The notes beneath the pieces were generated by a model. That model saw only the letters and a program-made list of their open reading frames with translations, made no database searches and was not told the DNA's origin. Below, in pieces: positions 41,588 through 53,975 of a stretch of DNA of 64,000 bases (position 1 is the stretch's first letter; the number at the start of each line of letters is the position of its first letter). The position numbers and the translations under genes were made by a program. Source of the DNA: Sphyrna mokarran (Eukaryota); contig JAGIQG010000004.1 of NCBI GenBank assembly GCA_024679065.1, positions 97,650,001-97,714,000 of the forward strand. The letters are read 5' to 3'.

Positions 41588-41719
41588 TTACTTCCTCAGC
41601 CAGAGCCAACTGTTGACAAAACAAGCCGCAATGATGATGGAATAGAGGACAAATTCCTTTCGAGCATGGTCTCGACTCTCCTGTTCCAGTAATTGTAGGC
41701 GCCGATTCAACTTGTTCAA
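41588..41719 (-). CDS. MFF-like terminal exon: coiled coil plus transmembrane tail anchor (LNKLNRRLQLLEQESRDHARKEFVLYSIIIAACFVNSWLWLRK*)
   Basis: ctcttacag acceptor; TAA at 41590-41588; strong match to the MFF C-terminus IIKLNRRLQLLEEENKERAKREMVMYSITVAFWLLNSWLWFRR. Confidence 0.96.
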   Translation of the reverse strand: MNKLNRRLQLLEQESRDHARKEFVLYSIIIAACFVNSWLWLRK

Positions 41720-42083
41720 CTGTAAGAGAGAAAAGTTGGACCCATTGTGTAAAGGAGCTCAATGCCAAAATAAAATTAGAACATCTATTGATTTTCTTTT
41801 GATGATTTAAATCAGATGGAAAATATATGTCTATAGACTGAGGCATCTGCAAAAAGGACGAAGTAGTGCTAAAATAAAATGTAATTTTATTTAGTACTTT
41901 GAAGTCTAAGAGTTAGAATCAAATGTCCAACAACTCAACTTCATGCTATGTTACTAAAGGCATTCAGCTTTTCCAGGGAATGATAGGCACTGTTCTGGAA
42001 ATATAACTGAATTCCAACTCCAAAAAAGTTCATTGTACTCACCTTATTTATATATTTAAATGTTGCCAGTGAAAAGCTCTTAC

Positions 42084-42162
42084 CTGACGCCGGAGTGTTA
42101 CAATTTCCATGACACTGAAATTTTCAAGGACTCCCTCGGGTATTGTGTATTCATGGGTTAAG
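42084..42162 (-). CDS. MFF-like coding exon 6 (LTHEYTIPEGVLENFSVMEIVTLRRQ)
   Basis: tttttcag acceptor, CAG|GTAAGA donor, 79 nt, phase 2->0; ends in LRRQ as in MFF. Confidence 0.92.
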
Positions 42163-42949
42163 CTGAAAAATTAAAATCAAATATGACCCTTGTTTTTCAT
42201 CAATACTAGTTTCATAAAAGCACTCTTATTACTGTATAGAACAGACTTCTTTGGACTTTAGCCTTTGGATTAAAGCACCATTTTAGCTACTAGAAAAGCC
42301 CACATCAGTCAGCACTAAAAGATTTCTCCCAGTATAAACTGTTGTCATTAAACCTGCTCAGTAAGAACTCTGCTGCCCATATCCTTATCCACAGCATCCA
42401 TCTCCCGTCTTCGCTAATCTACATTGGGTGAGATTCTCTAATCTCATCCATACCTGTACAGCTGCCAGCAAGAACAGAGAATTTGACGTTAAGCCAAAAC
42501 TTCAATCACTGCAGCAGCATTGAAGAATCCCAGCCACAGACGAGGTTGAAGGCTTTTGGCAACTGACTACCAGTCAGCCAGTGTCTCATTTAAATTTCCC
42601 ATCTATAAAGTCCTTTCGTAGCCTTACTCCAACAGATCTCTGTAATTTCCTCCAGCCATACAGCTAAAAACATTCCAACTCTAAATTCTCCATTTTTTGA
42701 GCATGTTCCATACTCTTTGGCTTCCCCATTGGTTGCTGTGCCTTTTTCTGTCACTTTGTAATCACTCCCTAGACGTCTGAACCTAGCCACATTTTTCCTC
42801 CTTTAAAACCTTTCTTAAAACTCATTTTTTGGCCTAGTTCTGGGTTACACCTCCCAATATATTTTCCTTGGCTTGAGGCCCATTTTTCTCATAATATTGC
42901 CTCAATGAAGCATTTTGGAATGTTTCACTACCTTAAGAAGTACTATAAA

Positions 42950-43875
42950 AACATAAGAAATAAGATCAAGTGCAGGTCATTTTGCCCTTCAAACCTGCAC
43001 TGTCATTCAACAAGAGCATGACTAATCTTCCACTTCAAGCCTATCTTCCCAAATTACTTCCATGTCACTTAATACCCAAAAATCATATGATTTCTGTCCT
43101 GAATATAATCGATAACTAAGCATCTGTAGCTCTCTGATGTAGAGAACTCCAAAGATTCACAACACTTTGCGTGAAGAAATTTCTCATAACCTCAGTCTAA
43201 ATGCTTGATCTTTTATTCTAAAACTGTGGTCTGTACTCTAGATTCCCCTGCCTGGTGAAACATTTTCTCAGCACCTATCCTGTCAAGTCTTTAATAACTT
43301 TATATATGTTTCCATTAGATTATTTGAATTCTAAGGAATACAGGTCCAATCTACTCAATCTCTCCACATCGGCCAATCTCCTCATCCCTGAAGCTAGACT
43401 ACTGAACCTTTGTTGCACTCCCTCTCGGACGAATGTATCCTTCCTTAGGTAAGGAAACCAAAACTCTTTATATCTTCACCAATTCCTTATGGTACTAAAA
43501 TGTCTTTACTCTGTACTCTAATCTCTTTATACCAAAAGCTAACATATAATTAGTATTCCTAATTATTTGCTGTAACTGGATGTCAACTTTCCATAATTCA
43601 TGAGCAAAGGCACTCAGGTTCCTTTGAATGCCAACATTTCCCAATCTTTCAGCATTCAAAAAGTATTCTGTTTTTTATTTTATTTATTTTTTATTTTTTC
43701 CCACCAAAGTGGATAACTTCACACTAGGCTGCATGGCATTCCATTTGTCTTGTTCATGCCCATTAATATCCCTCTGCCACTCTTTTTCATCGTCATCATT
43801 GCTCACTTTCCCAGCTAACTTTGAGTGCTCAACAAACTTGTTGTAACACATATGTAACACTATGTCCCCTCGTCT
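42950..43875 (-). mobile_element. Degenerate CR1 3' part
   Basis: ACATAAGAAATAAGA tail followed by the reverse complement of CR1 ORF2 C-terminal sequence. Confidence 0.75.
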
Positions 43876-43879
43876 AAAT

Positions 43880-45040
43880 GGGCACTGGAGGCCCAGGCTT
43901 TACCACTTGCAGGAGTAGAGGGAGAACAACAACCAGTGGCAGGAGGTGGCCGCTATATTCCCAGAGGGGCGTGCAGGAGGAGGGAGCAGAAAACCCAGCA
44001 GTTCTGTGTGTTATTTGAACAAATGTCGGACACCACGTACTGCCAATGTCTCCGTCTCCAAAATCAGACAGTGCAATACCTGTGCCACCCTATTGCAGGA
44101 CCTGGCACCTCAGAGAATTGGGGGGAGGGTCCCCTCTTAGTGGCAAATTGATGGCCACTCTGGCTTCAAGACCCCTAGCAAAGATGTATGTGGCATTTCC
44201 CAGTCAACTGTGCATACCTATGTCAAGCAGGTCACAGAAGCCCTGTACACCCGGGCTGGACAGTACATCAAATTTAACCTGGACTAGGTCCATCATGAAG
44301 CCTGGGTTGCAGGGTTCACAGCCATTGTGGGGATGCCTAATGTGCAGGGCCATCAACTGCACACACATCACCCTCAAGGTCTCATTGCAGAATTCAGGAA
44401 GATTTGTCAACAGAAAGGGATTCCATTCACTGAACGTCCAACTGGTGCGTGACCACAATATTCACATTGTGGACGTCTGCGCGAGACACCCTGGCAGCTG
44501 CATGACAGCTTCATTCTCAGGAGCTCTGACATACTAGAAGCATGTGAGGAGGAGCCTAGGCTGAAGGGATGGCTTGAGGGTATATGAATTACCCACTTCG
44601 GACATGGTTGATGATGCCTGTGCAGAGGTCTGTAACTGAAGCGCAGACCCGCTGTATTGAGGCGCGATAGTGGAGAGATGCTTTGGGCTCCTCAAAATGC
44701 AGTTCCAGTGCCTGGACCACTCTAGCATGGCCCAATAATGCAGCCCCCTGATCTCTTCCTGCATTGTAGCAATGTGCTATGACCTGCACAACCTGGCACA
44801 GCAGAGATGTGACCTATTGGAGGTAGAGAAGGAAGCTATGGAGGAGGAGGACATGGAGGCTGACCAGCCAAGCATCCCTGGGGCGAAGGCTGCCCAGCAG
44901 GAGGAGGAGGAGGAAGAAGAGGAAGAGCACGCCAAGCAATACTACCTAGGTGCTGGAGGGCTGGCAGCTCAAATGAGGCATGTGAAGATCGCTGGGGAGG
45001 CCCTGATCACCAGGTGGTTCAGTCACGAGGGAGCCTGTGT
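43880..45040 (+). mobile_element. PIF/Harbinger transposase pseudogene (HARBI1-like DDE)
   Basis: Across frames: CGISQSTVHTYVKQVTEAL, AINCTHI, FVNRKGFHSLNVQLV.D, ARHPGS..HDSFIL, YPLRTWLMMP, VERCFGLLKMQFQCL, CYDLHNLA, then an acidic tail; multiple frameshifts and stops. Confidence 0.9.
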
Positions 45041-45094
45041 CTGTGGGTTCCATTTCACTCCTCACCACCCCCCCACCCCACCCCACCCCACCAC

Positions 45095-45218
45095 CCAGCC
45101 CATGCAGACACAAGGAAAACATGCAAACTCCACACAGGCAGTGACCTGAGCTGGGAATCGAACCCAGGACCCTGGAGCTGTGAAGCAGCAGTGCTAACCA
45201 CTGTACTACCATGCTGCC
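45095..45218 (-). mobile_element. HE1/V-type SINE head
   Basis: Minus strand GGGCAGCATGGTAGTACAGTGGTTAGCACTGCTG...GGGTTCGATTCCC. Confidence 0.8.
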
Positions 45219-45940
45219 CATTCTGTCTATAATTCTGGTCACCACACTATCTGAAGAACAAGAACAAAGAACAGCACATATTGATTGCAATCTTCTTTGA
45301 ATGATCAATAATCACATTTTTTTTTCAATCAATGGACATCCTTTCATCATAAACATGTTTCCCTTCCAACGTACACAAAACTATACTCTTCGATTACATT
45401 AAATTAGATTAATTTTTTTTTAAGCTCCCAACTCACCCGCTCCAGCCTCCTTTGATGTTTTTATATTCTTGGTGGCATGAGCAAATTTTATATTACAATT
45501 AATACCATTTATAAGTACAACTTACACATAATATGTTAATGTTATGAAATATGCTAAGGTAATTCAGGGTGTATGGAGAGAAGTTAAACGAGGGGACTAA
45601 AAGCATTGTCATGATAGGTTTTGAGAAAGATTTTGAAGTGGGAAACAATTAACAGGACAGAGGAATTCTCATAGTTCTCCAGAGTACAAGAGTATAATGC
45701 TGGAAACTATAGCATTTATAGAAGAGCATGCACTAAATGTGATAAAGGAAAAGAAAAATCCAAAAAGGAGAAAGTGATCAAAATATGTGTTCTTCACAAG
45801 TCTCCTAATCTGTCTCATGCACAACACTACCAATACATTTTTAGTAAAATTCTTTTTTTTTTTTTACAGCGTATCTTTCCACTCAAATAATTGAAGATTT
45901 ACAGTTTTTTTTTCCTTTCTCAACCATTCACAACACATTA

Positions 45941-46238
45941 TGGGGATGGTAGCACAGTAGTTAGTACTGCAGCTTCATAGCTCCATGCACCTGGTTTCAA
46001 TTCCCCGCTTGGGTCACTTTCTCCCCATGTCTGCGTGGGTTTCCTCCAGGTGTTCTGATTTCCTCCCACAGTCCAAAGATGTATGGGTTAAGTGGATTGG
46101 CCAAGCTAAACTGCCTCTTAATGGCCCGGGGTGTAGGTAAATATGTAAGGTTACGGAGATAGGGCTTAGGTAGGATTGTTGTCAGCGCAGACTCAATGGC
46201 TGAATGGCTTCTTTCTGCACTGTAGGGATTCTATGATT
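45941..46238 (+). mobile_element. HE1/V-type SINE (tail B)
   Basis: Head, core and GGGATTCTATGATTC tail. Confidence 0.85.
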
Positions 46239-46332
46239 CCTGTACAAATTCTATGGGATGACATACATGTATCCTAGAACAATTTTGCTGATTTGAATGG
46301 AAGCAAGCATTTCAGCCCAATCTTGGTGTAGA

Positions 46333-46757
46333 ATATAGAACATAGAACATTACAGCACAGTACAAGCACTTCAGCCCTCAATGTTGCACCAACCACTGGA
46401 ACCTATCTAATGACCCTCTAACCTAAACTATTCCAATGCTATCTATATGCCTATCCACTGACCATTTGCATGCCCTTAAAGTTGGCAAGTCCACAACTGC
46501 TGCAGGCAGGGCATTCCATGCCCTTACTACTCTCTGAATAAAGAATCTACCACTGACATCCATCCTATAACTACCACCCCTTAATTTAAAGCTATGTCCC
46601 CTCATGTTAGCCATCACCATCTGAGGAAAAAGGCTCTCACTTCCACCTTATCTAACCCTGTGACCATCTTACATGCCTCAATTAGGTCACCGCTTAACCT
46701 TCTTTCCTCTATTGAAAATAACTTCAAGTCCCTCAGCCTTTCTTCATAAGACCTTCA
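46333..46757 (-). mobile_element. CR1 3' fragment
   Basis: ORF 46423..46620: RGHSFKLRGG...FFIQRVVRAWNALP; (ATAGAAC)n tail. Confidence 0.9.
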
Positions 46758-47073
46758 AATATGGATGTGAATATTATAATTCATTTTTCATTTACTAAGG
46801 AGGAACCTGGAGCCCATTTTTCCTGAACCTGGGTTAATTCACAATACCCAGAAGGAAGAAGCTTTCTTGCCCTTCCCTTCCCACAGGTGAAAACTGAGCA
46901 TGCACTTTATTGTGACAAGATTGCAACATTACAGCAAGCATTATATACACTTTTTTGAAAGTTATTTCAAACAAAGCATTTACAGCCAGATATAAAAGTT
47001 TGAGAAAGTAAAAATAAAACTAATATCACAGCATGTTATTCAAGTGCTTCAAGAAAATAAACATGACAATCAC

Positions 47074-47145
47074 CTTTGATTCCTTGTTTGATTGATCCCA
47101 TCCGAATATAGGCTGCTAGAAAGGGGCTGGTTATGGAACCGATTC
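47074..47145 (-). CDS. MFF-like coding exon 5 (NRFHNQPLSSSLYSDGINQTRNQ)
   Basis: ttttctacttttaag acceptor, AAG|GTGATT donor, 72 nt, symmetric phase 2, open frame. Weak homology. Confidence 0.65.
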
Positions 47146-47452
47146 CTTAAAAGTAGAAAAATAAAATGAATTGGCTAAAGAAATACCAGATTGAATCAAA
47201 GCAATTTAAATATCAAAGTTCCTGTGGAACTTAGACATTGCTCCTTTTTTTTTTCTGTTTTTGATCTCACAGAATTTCCTGTGCCCCATATAATTCCCCA
47301 GGCAAAACTGTGGCAACTCAGTTTCACTAACATTTGCCAATGCTGCCCTGCGTCTAAAGGTAACAAAAGCTGAGAAGCCAAAGTGTGACTAAGTGTGATT
47401 TGTCCACCCTAACACTTTCTTTAGCAGGCACACATACAACACATGCAGGAAA

Positions 47453-47792
47453 GTTTTTTTTATTCATTCATGGGACATGGACGTCTCTGGCTGGCCAGCA
47501 TTTATTGCCCATCCTTAGTTACCTGAGGGCAATTGACAGCCAACCACATTGCTGTAGCTGTGGGTCACATGTAAGCCAGACCAGGTAAAGAAGGCAGATT
47601 TCCTTCCCTAAAAAAATTAGTTTTTCTGACAATCAACAATGGTTTCATGGTCATTAGATTCTTAATTCCAGATAATTTTTATTGAATTCAAATTTCACAG
47701 TGTGCCATGCCAGAATTCAAGCCTAAGTTCCCAGAACATTAGCTGAGTTTCTGGATTAACAATCTAGTGATATTATCACTAGGCCTTCACCA
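47453..47792 (-). mobile_element. SINE-like short element made of the 5' head and 3' tail of the 10608-13525 LINE family
   Basis: 47453-47525 matches 10608-10680; 47530-47790 matches 13015-13276 plus 13503-13525. Confidence 0.85.
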
Positions 47793-48829
47793 CATGAAAA
47801 ATAACTTTAGCATATGAAACTCAAGCTGGAAAGGTACTTGGCTTAATGTTTATTGAGCATCAATACTGAGAAAACAGATGATCTTACTCAGAAGAGTCCA
47901 TGTTTGACAAAGTTCTAAATATGTATGTGTCACCAGTTTTTCATTCACATTCAAATCTTGCTCTCCATGATCTTTTATTTCATTGCACGTTAATTAAAAT
48001 GGAAAAAGTAACTTTTTAACTGAGAACATGTCCTCAGCATTTTTGGTTTCTCCACAGGAAGGACACAGAAGCTATTTTTCTCTCAGGCTTCTGCTAATGT
48101 AGTGTAGCTCACATCCAAATGTTGAGAAGTATGTAAAGGTTATCTAGGAATGATATACCTTCCAAAAAACTATTTTTGCAAAAATGCATCCATCACTACA
48201 CTAAAATATAGATCCTTATAAAATATGAAGTCGAAATCTCAGCAGAATTGCAGCAATTCAACAGTGTCCTACTCGTTTATGTCACCACGTGGAAAAATCA
48301 GATTACAAATGGATTACATCATACTTTATTACTCAAAGTAATTCAAATATTCCTTATTTTCAGAATATTCACAAAATATGTTTAAAAACGATCATCCAAC
48401 TGAAAGCCCAGATTGTAAAAAACTCTCTAAAAATTTAAGAGGTTGAAACATAAAAACATGTATAAGCAAACCATCACAACTACAACAAAGTTAACATGGA
48501 CAGTTAGTAAGTTCTACATCACACATGCAGAAGAGTCCTTTCACCAATTTCCACAATAGTAACTGCACTGCATAAAGAGCACAAAACACATTGCCGATTT
48601 AAGCAGTTCCAGCACATGATGCCTGCTGCATATTACATTAACTGCCTCAGCCAGGTGCTTTGCTGAGACTGAATTCTATTTTAACTCTGGGTAAGTTTTG
48701 AATTAGTTAATTCTTGTTCAATATTTCCAATTCCTTCCTTTTTCAATTTTCTGCTGATCTGAATTTGTGTAGAAGATTAATTATATTAAGCTACACTTCA
48801 AAAGAATTATAGGGTGATTTTTTTCATTT

Positions 48830-49255
48830 ATATGTTCACTAGAACTTCTCTGCATTCACTGGCTAACCAGAATTTATTACCTATCTCTAATATCCCTTAA
48901 GAAAGTGGTAACCTGTTTCTGTGAATTGCTGCACTCAGAGTGTTTTGTACACCCAGTATTGTCAGAGAGGAAATTCCAGGATCTTGACCTAGTGACAGTA
49001 GAGAAACAAGTCAGGATGGTGTATGATTTGAAGCAGAACTTGAAGATGGTGGTTTTCCCTGCATCTGCTGCCCTTATCCTTCGAGGTAGTAGAGGTCACG
49101 AGTTCGGAAGCTGCAATTAATGCAGCAATTGAGGGTTGCTGCAGTGCATTTTGTAGATGGTACACGTTGCTGCCAATGTAAGAGAGAGAGTGAATGCTTA
49201 AGGGATAGCTGGGGTGCCAATCAAGTGGACTGCTTTGCTTTGGATGTTCACACGA
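48830..49255 (-). mobile_element. 3' fragment of the 10608-type LINE
   Basis: Colinear with 10610-11060. Confidence 0.7.
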
Positions 49256-49914
49256 TATTCCTTTTTTCCACTGAAAAGGAATATATATTTTAACCTCTAC
49301 ACCAGGAAAATTAATCTGTAATGTGTAATAGAAATTTTTATTTTGATTTGTGAGATTGATCATTTCTGAATCATATTATTGCCATTCTGAGTCATGTTAT
49401 ATCTCATAGCATGTCAGTGGTGTTGAGTTCTGTACACTCTAAAGTACACAAAAATTACAGTATGCTAATCCAATGTTTTTAAGTATGGCTAGTGTGAGAA
49501 GTAATTTTGATCTACTAATGTAAAGAAAGGTTAAATGTGCATGCAGCTAGATCATGCAGTGGGGGGGTATTTAATGCTGAAACTAGCATAAAATTATAGT
49601 TTTACTTTAAACGTAGTGCTTAGAAGCACAGAAGTTTCCTCACAAATGATCACGCACTTAAAAACAGGATTATGATAGATATCAATATACAACAGTAACA
49701 GTATGGTTACTTGCAAACAGTCAAGAATAATTTCCTGACTCTAAGTTGTTTCATTAGTCAGATAAGTATTGATGGCAAAGCATGAATCAGATGCATAGTT
49801 ACTGGAAAAATGTTAATATCTAACAAGCTTCAAAGGTGATGCACTTCGAGCATAGTTTGAGAACAAAAGGACATAAAATAAATTTTTGATGTTACATATG
49901 CCAGTTCCGGTCAC

Positions 49915-50070
49915 CTTCTTCGCATTTTCTGATTGACTGTTTCCATTAAGTATTCTGACAGTTTGTGCCCAACATAAATTAATACATTGCACACATTATG
50001 AATTGAAAAGGATGCCTGGCCAGGTCCAGGTGAAGGGAAAGGATGTTTTGGACCACTGGAATGATCAATC
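49915..50070 (-). CDS. MFF-like coding exon 4 (IDHSSGPKHPFPSPGP...VLIYVGHKLSEYLMETVNQKMRR)
   Basis: ttctatag acceptor, AG|GTGACC donor, 156 nt, symmetric phase 2; ends like the MFF amphipathic segment (...QQILDVLDENRR). Confidence 0.8.
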
Positions 50071-50604
50071 CTATAGAATGGATAGAAGCAAAAGCACCGT
50101 TAAAGCAAATGATTGAATAGTACAGGGAAAGAGTTCATATTCCCCAGATATAGTTCAAGTAATTTGTTACAAAGTATTACATGGAGGGGCATATCGAAGC
50201 ATTTCAAATATAAATAGTCTAAAAGATAATTGGTATATATTTAAAACAAATGCCAGAATAGGATAAGGACATTCAAATTGTTCAGTCAATAATTTCTCAG
50301 CTATCTATTTCACATTGTAGCCCTGGAGATGGGTTTAAAATGCTTGTTCTCAGAGAAGATAATTGTTCTGCAGTCAATTTACTCCTTTAAAAAGAATTGA
50401 TATCTATTAGAATGAACTGCAGGTAGTATTATATTTGTAATATTTCTCAAAGCTGCATTAAGTAAACCGTTATATGTATTTTTGTCAACAGACAGGAGAA
50501 CAGAGTTTTGTTGTTAAGTTTATATGGTATTTATTAACAAAACAATGAAGTTGCTCCGAGACTAAGAGGTTACTGTGAATGATAAAGGAACAATAAAAGA
50601 GGTT

Positions 50605-51000
50605 GTTAGCACTCTCCCCTTAAAGTCAGCATATTCTGGGTGCACATCCCACTCCAGGACTCAAGTACACAATGTACAAAATTCAAGGCTGACACTCCAG
50701 TACAGTACTCAGACAGAGCTACTCTGTTTTGGTGCCACCTAACAGATGAGACATTAAACCAAGGCTCTCTTCAGTGGAAGCAAAAGTTCACATGGCACTA
50801 TCTTGAAAAGGTGTAGGGTATCCTAGCCTATATTTATCCCTCAATGAACCACACAAAACCAAAGCATCTAACCATTAACATATGGCAATTTGAGTAAACT
50901 GGCTGCTGTGTTTCCTACGTTACAACAATGACTACACTTCAACAAAACATCAGCTGTAAAGCACTTTGAGACAGCCAGTGATTGTGAAAGTCATGAAACA
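50605..51000 (+). mobile_element. Deu-domain SINE (SacSINE1/AmnSINE1-like)
   Basis: GCTGACACTCCAGTACAGTACT...GATGAGACATTAAACC...CATGGCACTAT...CTGGCTGCTGTGTTTCCTAC...ACTACACTTCAA...GTAAAGCACTTTG, matched to the consensus from memory. Confidence 0.7.
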
Positions 51001-51507
51001 CACAATATAAATGTAATTTTTTATTTTTGCACTTCACACCATGACACAGACTTGTCAATGCATGCACTGTAATATCTATCCAAGTTTCAATTTTGCATTA
51101 GAAAGTATTTATGCTCAATAAAAATTGGATTATGAACATGTGCACAATAGCAGTTGCTTGGGAGTTAAGGCTCCATAGTTATGATGTTAGATAAAGCAGT
51201 TACAAAAAAAAAATGTACAGGGCTTAGCAGAAAGGCATAAAGAGAAGCCTGTTGCAAAAATATGAATTGCTAGAGGAATAAGTTATCAAAGCAGGATTAG
51301 AAGATCATCAGCACACAAAGGAAGGGAAAATTTAGATTGTACTGTTTGATTGCCAGCAGGTAAGTTAGTGACAGATAATGTTATTACAAGTTTACTGGTG
51401 CCTCAAAAGGCTTCCAACTGCCTTTACTTTATATTCCAAACCATGAGTCTTTGGATCTCAAATTGATGGAATTTTCAATGGCCAAATCATCAAATTATTT
51501 TTAAAGG

Positions 51508-51840
51508 ATTAATTCATGAGATGTGGGCTAGTATTTATTGCCTATCAAGACTGCCCTTGAACTGGGTAGCTTGCTTGGCCATTCCAGAAGCCATTACAGA
51601 GTCAAACACAATGTTGTGGATTTGAAGTCATATGTAGGCCAGACCAGGTAAGAATGGTAGATTTCCTTCCCTATTGGACATTAGTGAACCAGATGGGATT
51701 TTATGACAAACGACAATGGTCATCATTAGGCATTTAATTCCAGAGTTTTTAAAAAGTGAATTAAAATTTTATCATCTGCTGGCATTACCCTGGATCTCTC
51801 AATTATTAGACCAATGACAATACCACTATACCATCATCTC
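51508..51840 (-). mobile_element. Second copy of the short LINE-derived SINE-like element
   Basis: Same order of blocks as 47453-47792 (GTAGGCCAGACCAGGTAAG, TGAACCAGATGGG, CAATACCACTATACCATC). Confidence 0.8.
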
Positions 51841-52644
51841 TCCCTATTATTGTTTACCTGCAGAGTTAATTCTGTAGTAAGTGTTCTGTGTTAATAAAAA
51901 GAATTGCCTTTGGTGGAAAATGAGATGTTTTGGGGGTTTTGAGCTGGTTTCATCTCACCGCACTCCATCATATGCCAAAATTCAAGTGTAAATGAGCAGT
52001 TCTTGAATGCAGCATTTTCAAATCCCAAACTAACCGTGCTTTCCAACTCAGATTATCTGTGAAACTTTTATATGGGCCATGCCAATTAGAATCTGGGTCA
52101 AACTCATTTGGTATGTTTACTTACAGTCTAGGCCTGAGGTACAATCCCTGAAGTAAAATGATATTGCACTAAGCTACTTTCACATTCTATAATATTAAGG
52201 AGGTCACAGAAAGTGATCATTCAGCACAGTGACTATATTGACTGAAAAAAACTAACTGCTCATTCCAATTCCAACTTCCAGCACCTGGTCTGTAACCTTG
52301 CAAGTTACAGCACTTCAGCCAATCACCTTTTAAATGAGTTGAGGGTTTCTGCCTCAACCTCAAAAGAGTGAATTCTACTCTTTCTCCACCCTCTTGGTGA
52401 AAATATGTTCCCTAATATCTCTCCAATACTTCTACTAATTACGTTAGATCTGAAGAACAGTAATATTAGTTGAGTGCTAAAAGTTAGTAAATAACTGGTT
52501 GAGGCTATCAAATTTTCCTTTGCATATCAGATTGCTCTCCATTCCAGTCTGAGCATTGTAGATTTCATTATCATTACTAAAACTGTGCAGGTTTGACTGC
52601 ATGACAATGACAACAAACAGACAAGGTCAACATTTTGTACTTAC

Positions 52645-52733
52645 AAATTTCTCTGCCGCTTGGACACACCCGATAGAGAAATTTCATTCTCACTTAATGT
52701 TCGTGGTCTATTACAATGTTGGGAGGCAGCCAT
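52645..52733 (-). CDS. MFF-like coding exon 3 (MAASQHCNRPRTLSENEISLSGVSKRQRN)
   Basis: ttttgtcacag acceptor, TT|GTAAGT donor, 89 nt, phase 0->2; RPRTLSEN aligns with MFF RERSMSEN. Confidence 0.88.
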
Positions 52734-53199
52734 CTGTGACAAAACAACAAATAATGCTAAATGTTTGCTTCTTACAGGGGTGAACTCAATTTAAGAGTCA
52801 AAGTTCCACCAATTTATCTGGGTAACCTGGGATAGGTGATTGCTATTCAGCCAGTGATACCCAACTCCTGTGACAGCTGCAAAATAAGTTCCAGTTATTA
52901 ATTCTAAAAGCTAAATGCTCTTTTTCCTGAAGAAAGTAGTTTTTTCCAAAAAGCTAGACTACATGGATATCTCCAGGTTCAAGTTTTAAGAATAACTCTT
53001 GAACATTTCATTATTTTCTACTCTTTGTAGTCATTGGTCACCATAGAATTTCCTGCACACAGCACGTGCTACACTAACAGGAGTTTACAGAATATTCTTT
53101 CCTCTCCTTCCCACCTCAAAGCTCAATGAATACTTTACCACCAAGAACTTATTCATCTGAATTCAAAAGATTGACAATCTGAACTCAATAGCAATATCT

Positions 53200-53700
53200 T
53201 TGAGTCAGCAGATCATCCATTAAAGCCCCATTTCACAGGTGAGCATATAACCCAAGTTAACACTCCAGTGCAGTACTAACAAAATGGTACACTATTGCAG
53301 ACTCTATCTTTCAGAGACATATAAACAACACAATGGACTTTTCTAGCCACACTCGTCCCAAAACTGAGAAAACCCGCCCAAACTCAACAGATCTTCCCAT
53401 GATCCGTTACAATTCCTATGGTGGGTGGAACAGGAAAATTCGCACTCATATCTCATGTGAACATAGAAGAGCAGAGGAATTCTTCTGTTGTTGCAGCCAA
53501 TTTTGATCCCTCAATCAACATAACTAAAATAAATCATCTGCTCAATTGCCTTGATTGTTATTTGTCAGTCTTTGCTGTGTGAAAACTGGCTGCAATGTTT
53601 CTTTACATATCAGCAGTAAGTACATTTCAAAAGTATTTCATGAGTTAAAAGGCACTTCCTGAGATCTTGAAAGGCACTATAAAAATGCAAGTTCTTTTTT
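53200..53700 (+). mobile_element. Deu-domain SINE interrupted by a ~115-bp MITE (about 53333-53446)
   Basis: ACACTCCAGTGCAGTACT...AAACTGGCTGCAATGTTTC...GAAAGGCACTATAAAAATGCAAG; the insert resembles 21164-21295. Confidence 0.6.
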
Positions 53701-53817
53701 CTATTTTTGAAGTCCTTGCTTTCAACTGGGAAGTTGGAAAAGGGAATAGAATTATAAGGTTAACAGTCAGCTTACTGCTATACTTTATGAAAGGACACAT
53801 TGTTAATATTTGCATAC

Positions 53818-53975
53818 CTGCAACGGACTCTCGGATCGGTCTACACTCAAAGCATGGGCAGGTCCAAATGTTAAGTTGGGAGAGATGCTGAGTGGTGGAG
53901 GATCTGTTATTGATGGGTTGTTGTGGAACCAACCATACAAGTATGGTCTTGCGCCAATATCCTGCATTTCAGTTT
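53818..53975 (-). CDS. MFF-like coding exon 2 (ETEMQDIGARPYLYGW...RSESPLQ)
   Basis: catcttcag acceptor, CAG|GTATGC donor, 158 nt, phase 1->0, which fits both neighbours. Confidence 0.82.

Noticed and set aside
43880-45040. Domesticated HARBI1 gene
   Set aside because: Multiple frameshifts and stops, and the first catalytic Asp reads Asn (AINCTH); this is a transposon fossil.
47888-47970. Additional MFF-like exon (GTAAGA donor on the minus strand)
   Set aside because: The acceptor is purine-rich, and the open frame ends in phase 1, which is incompatible with the flanking phase-2 exons.
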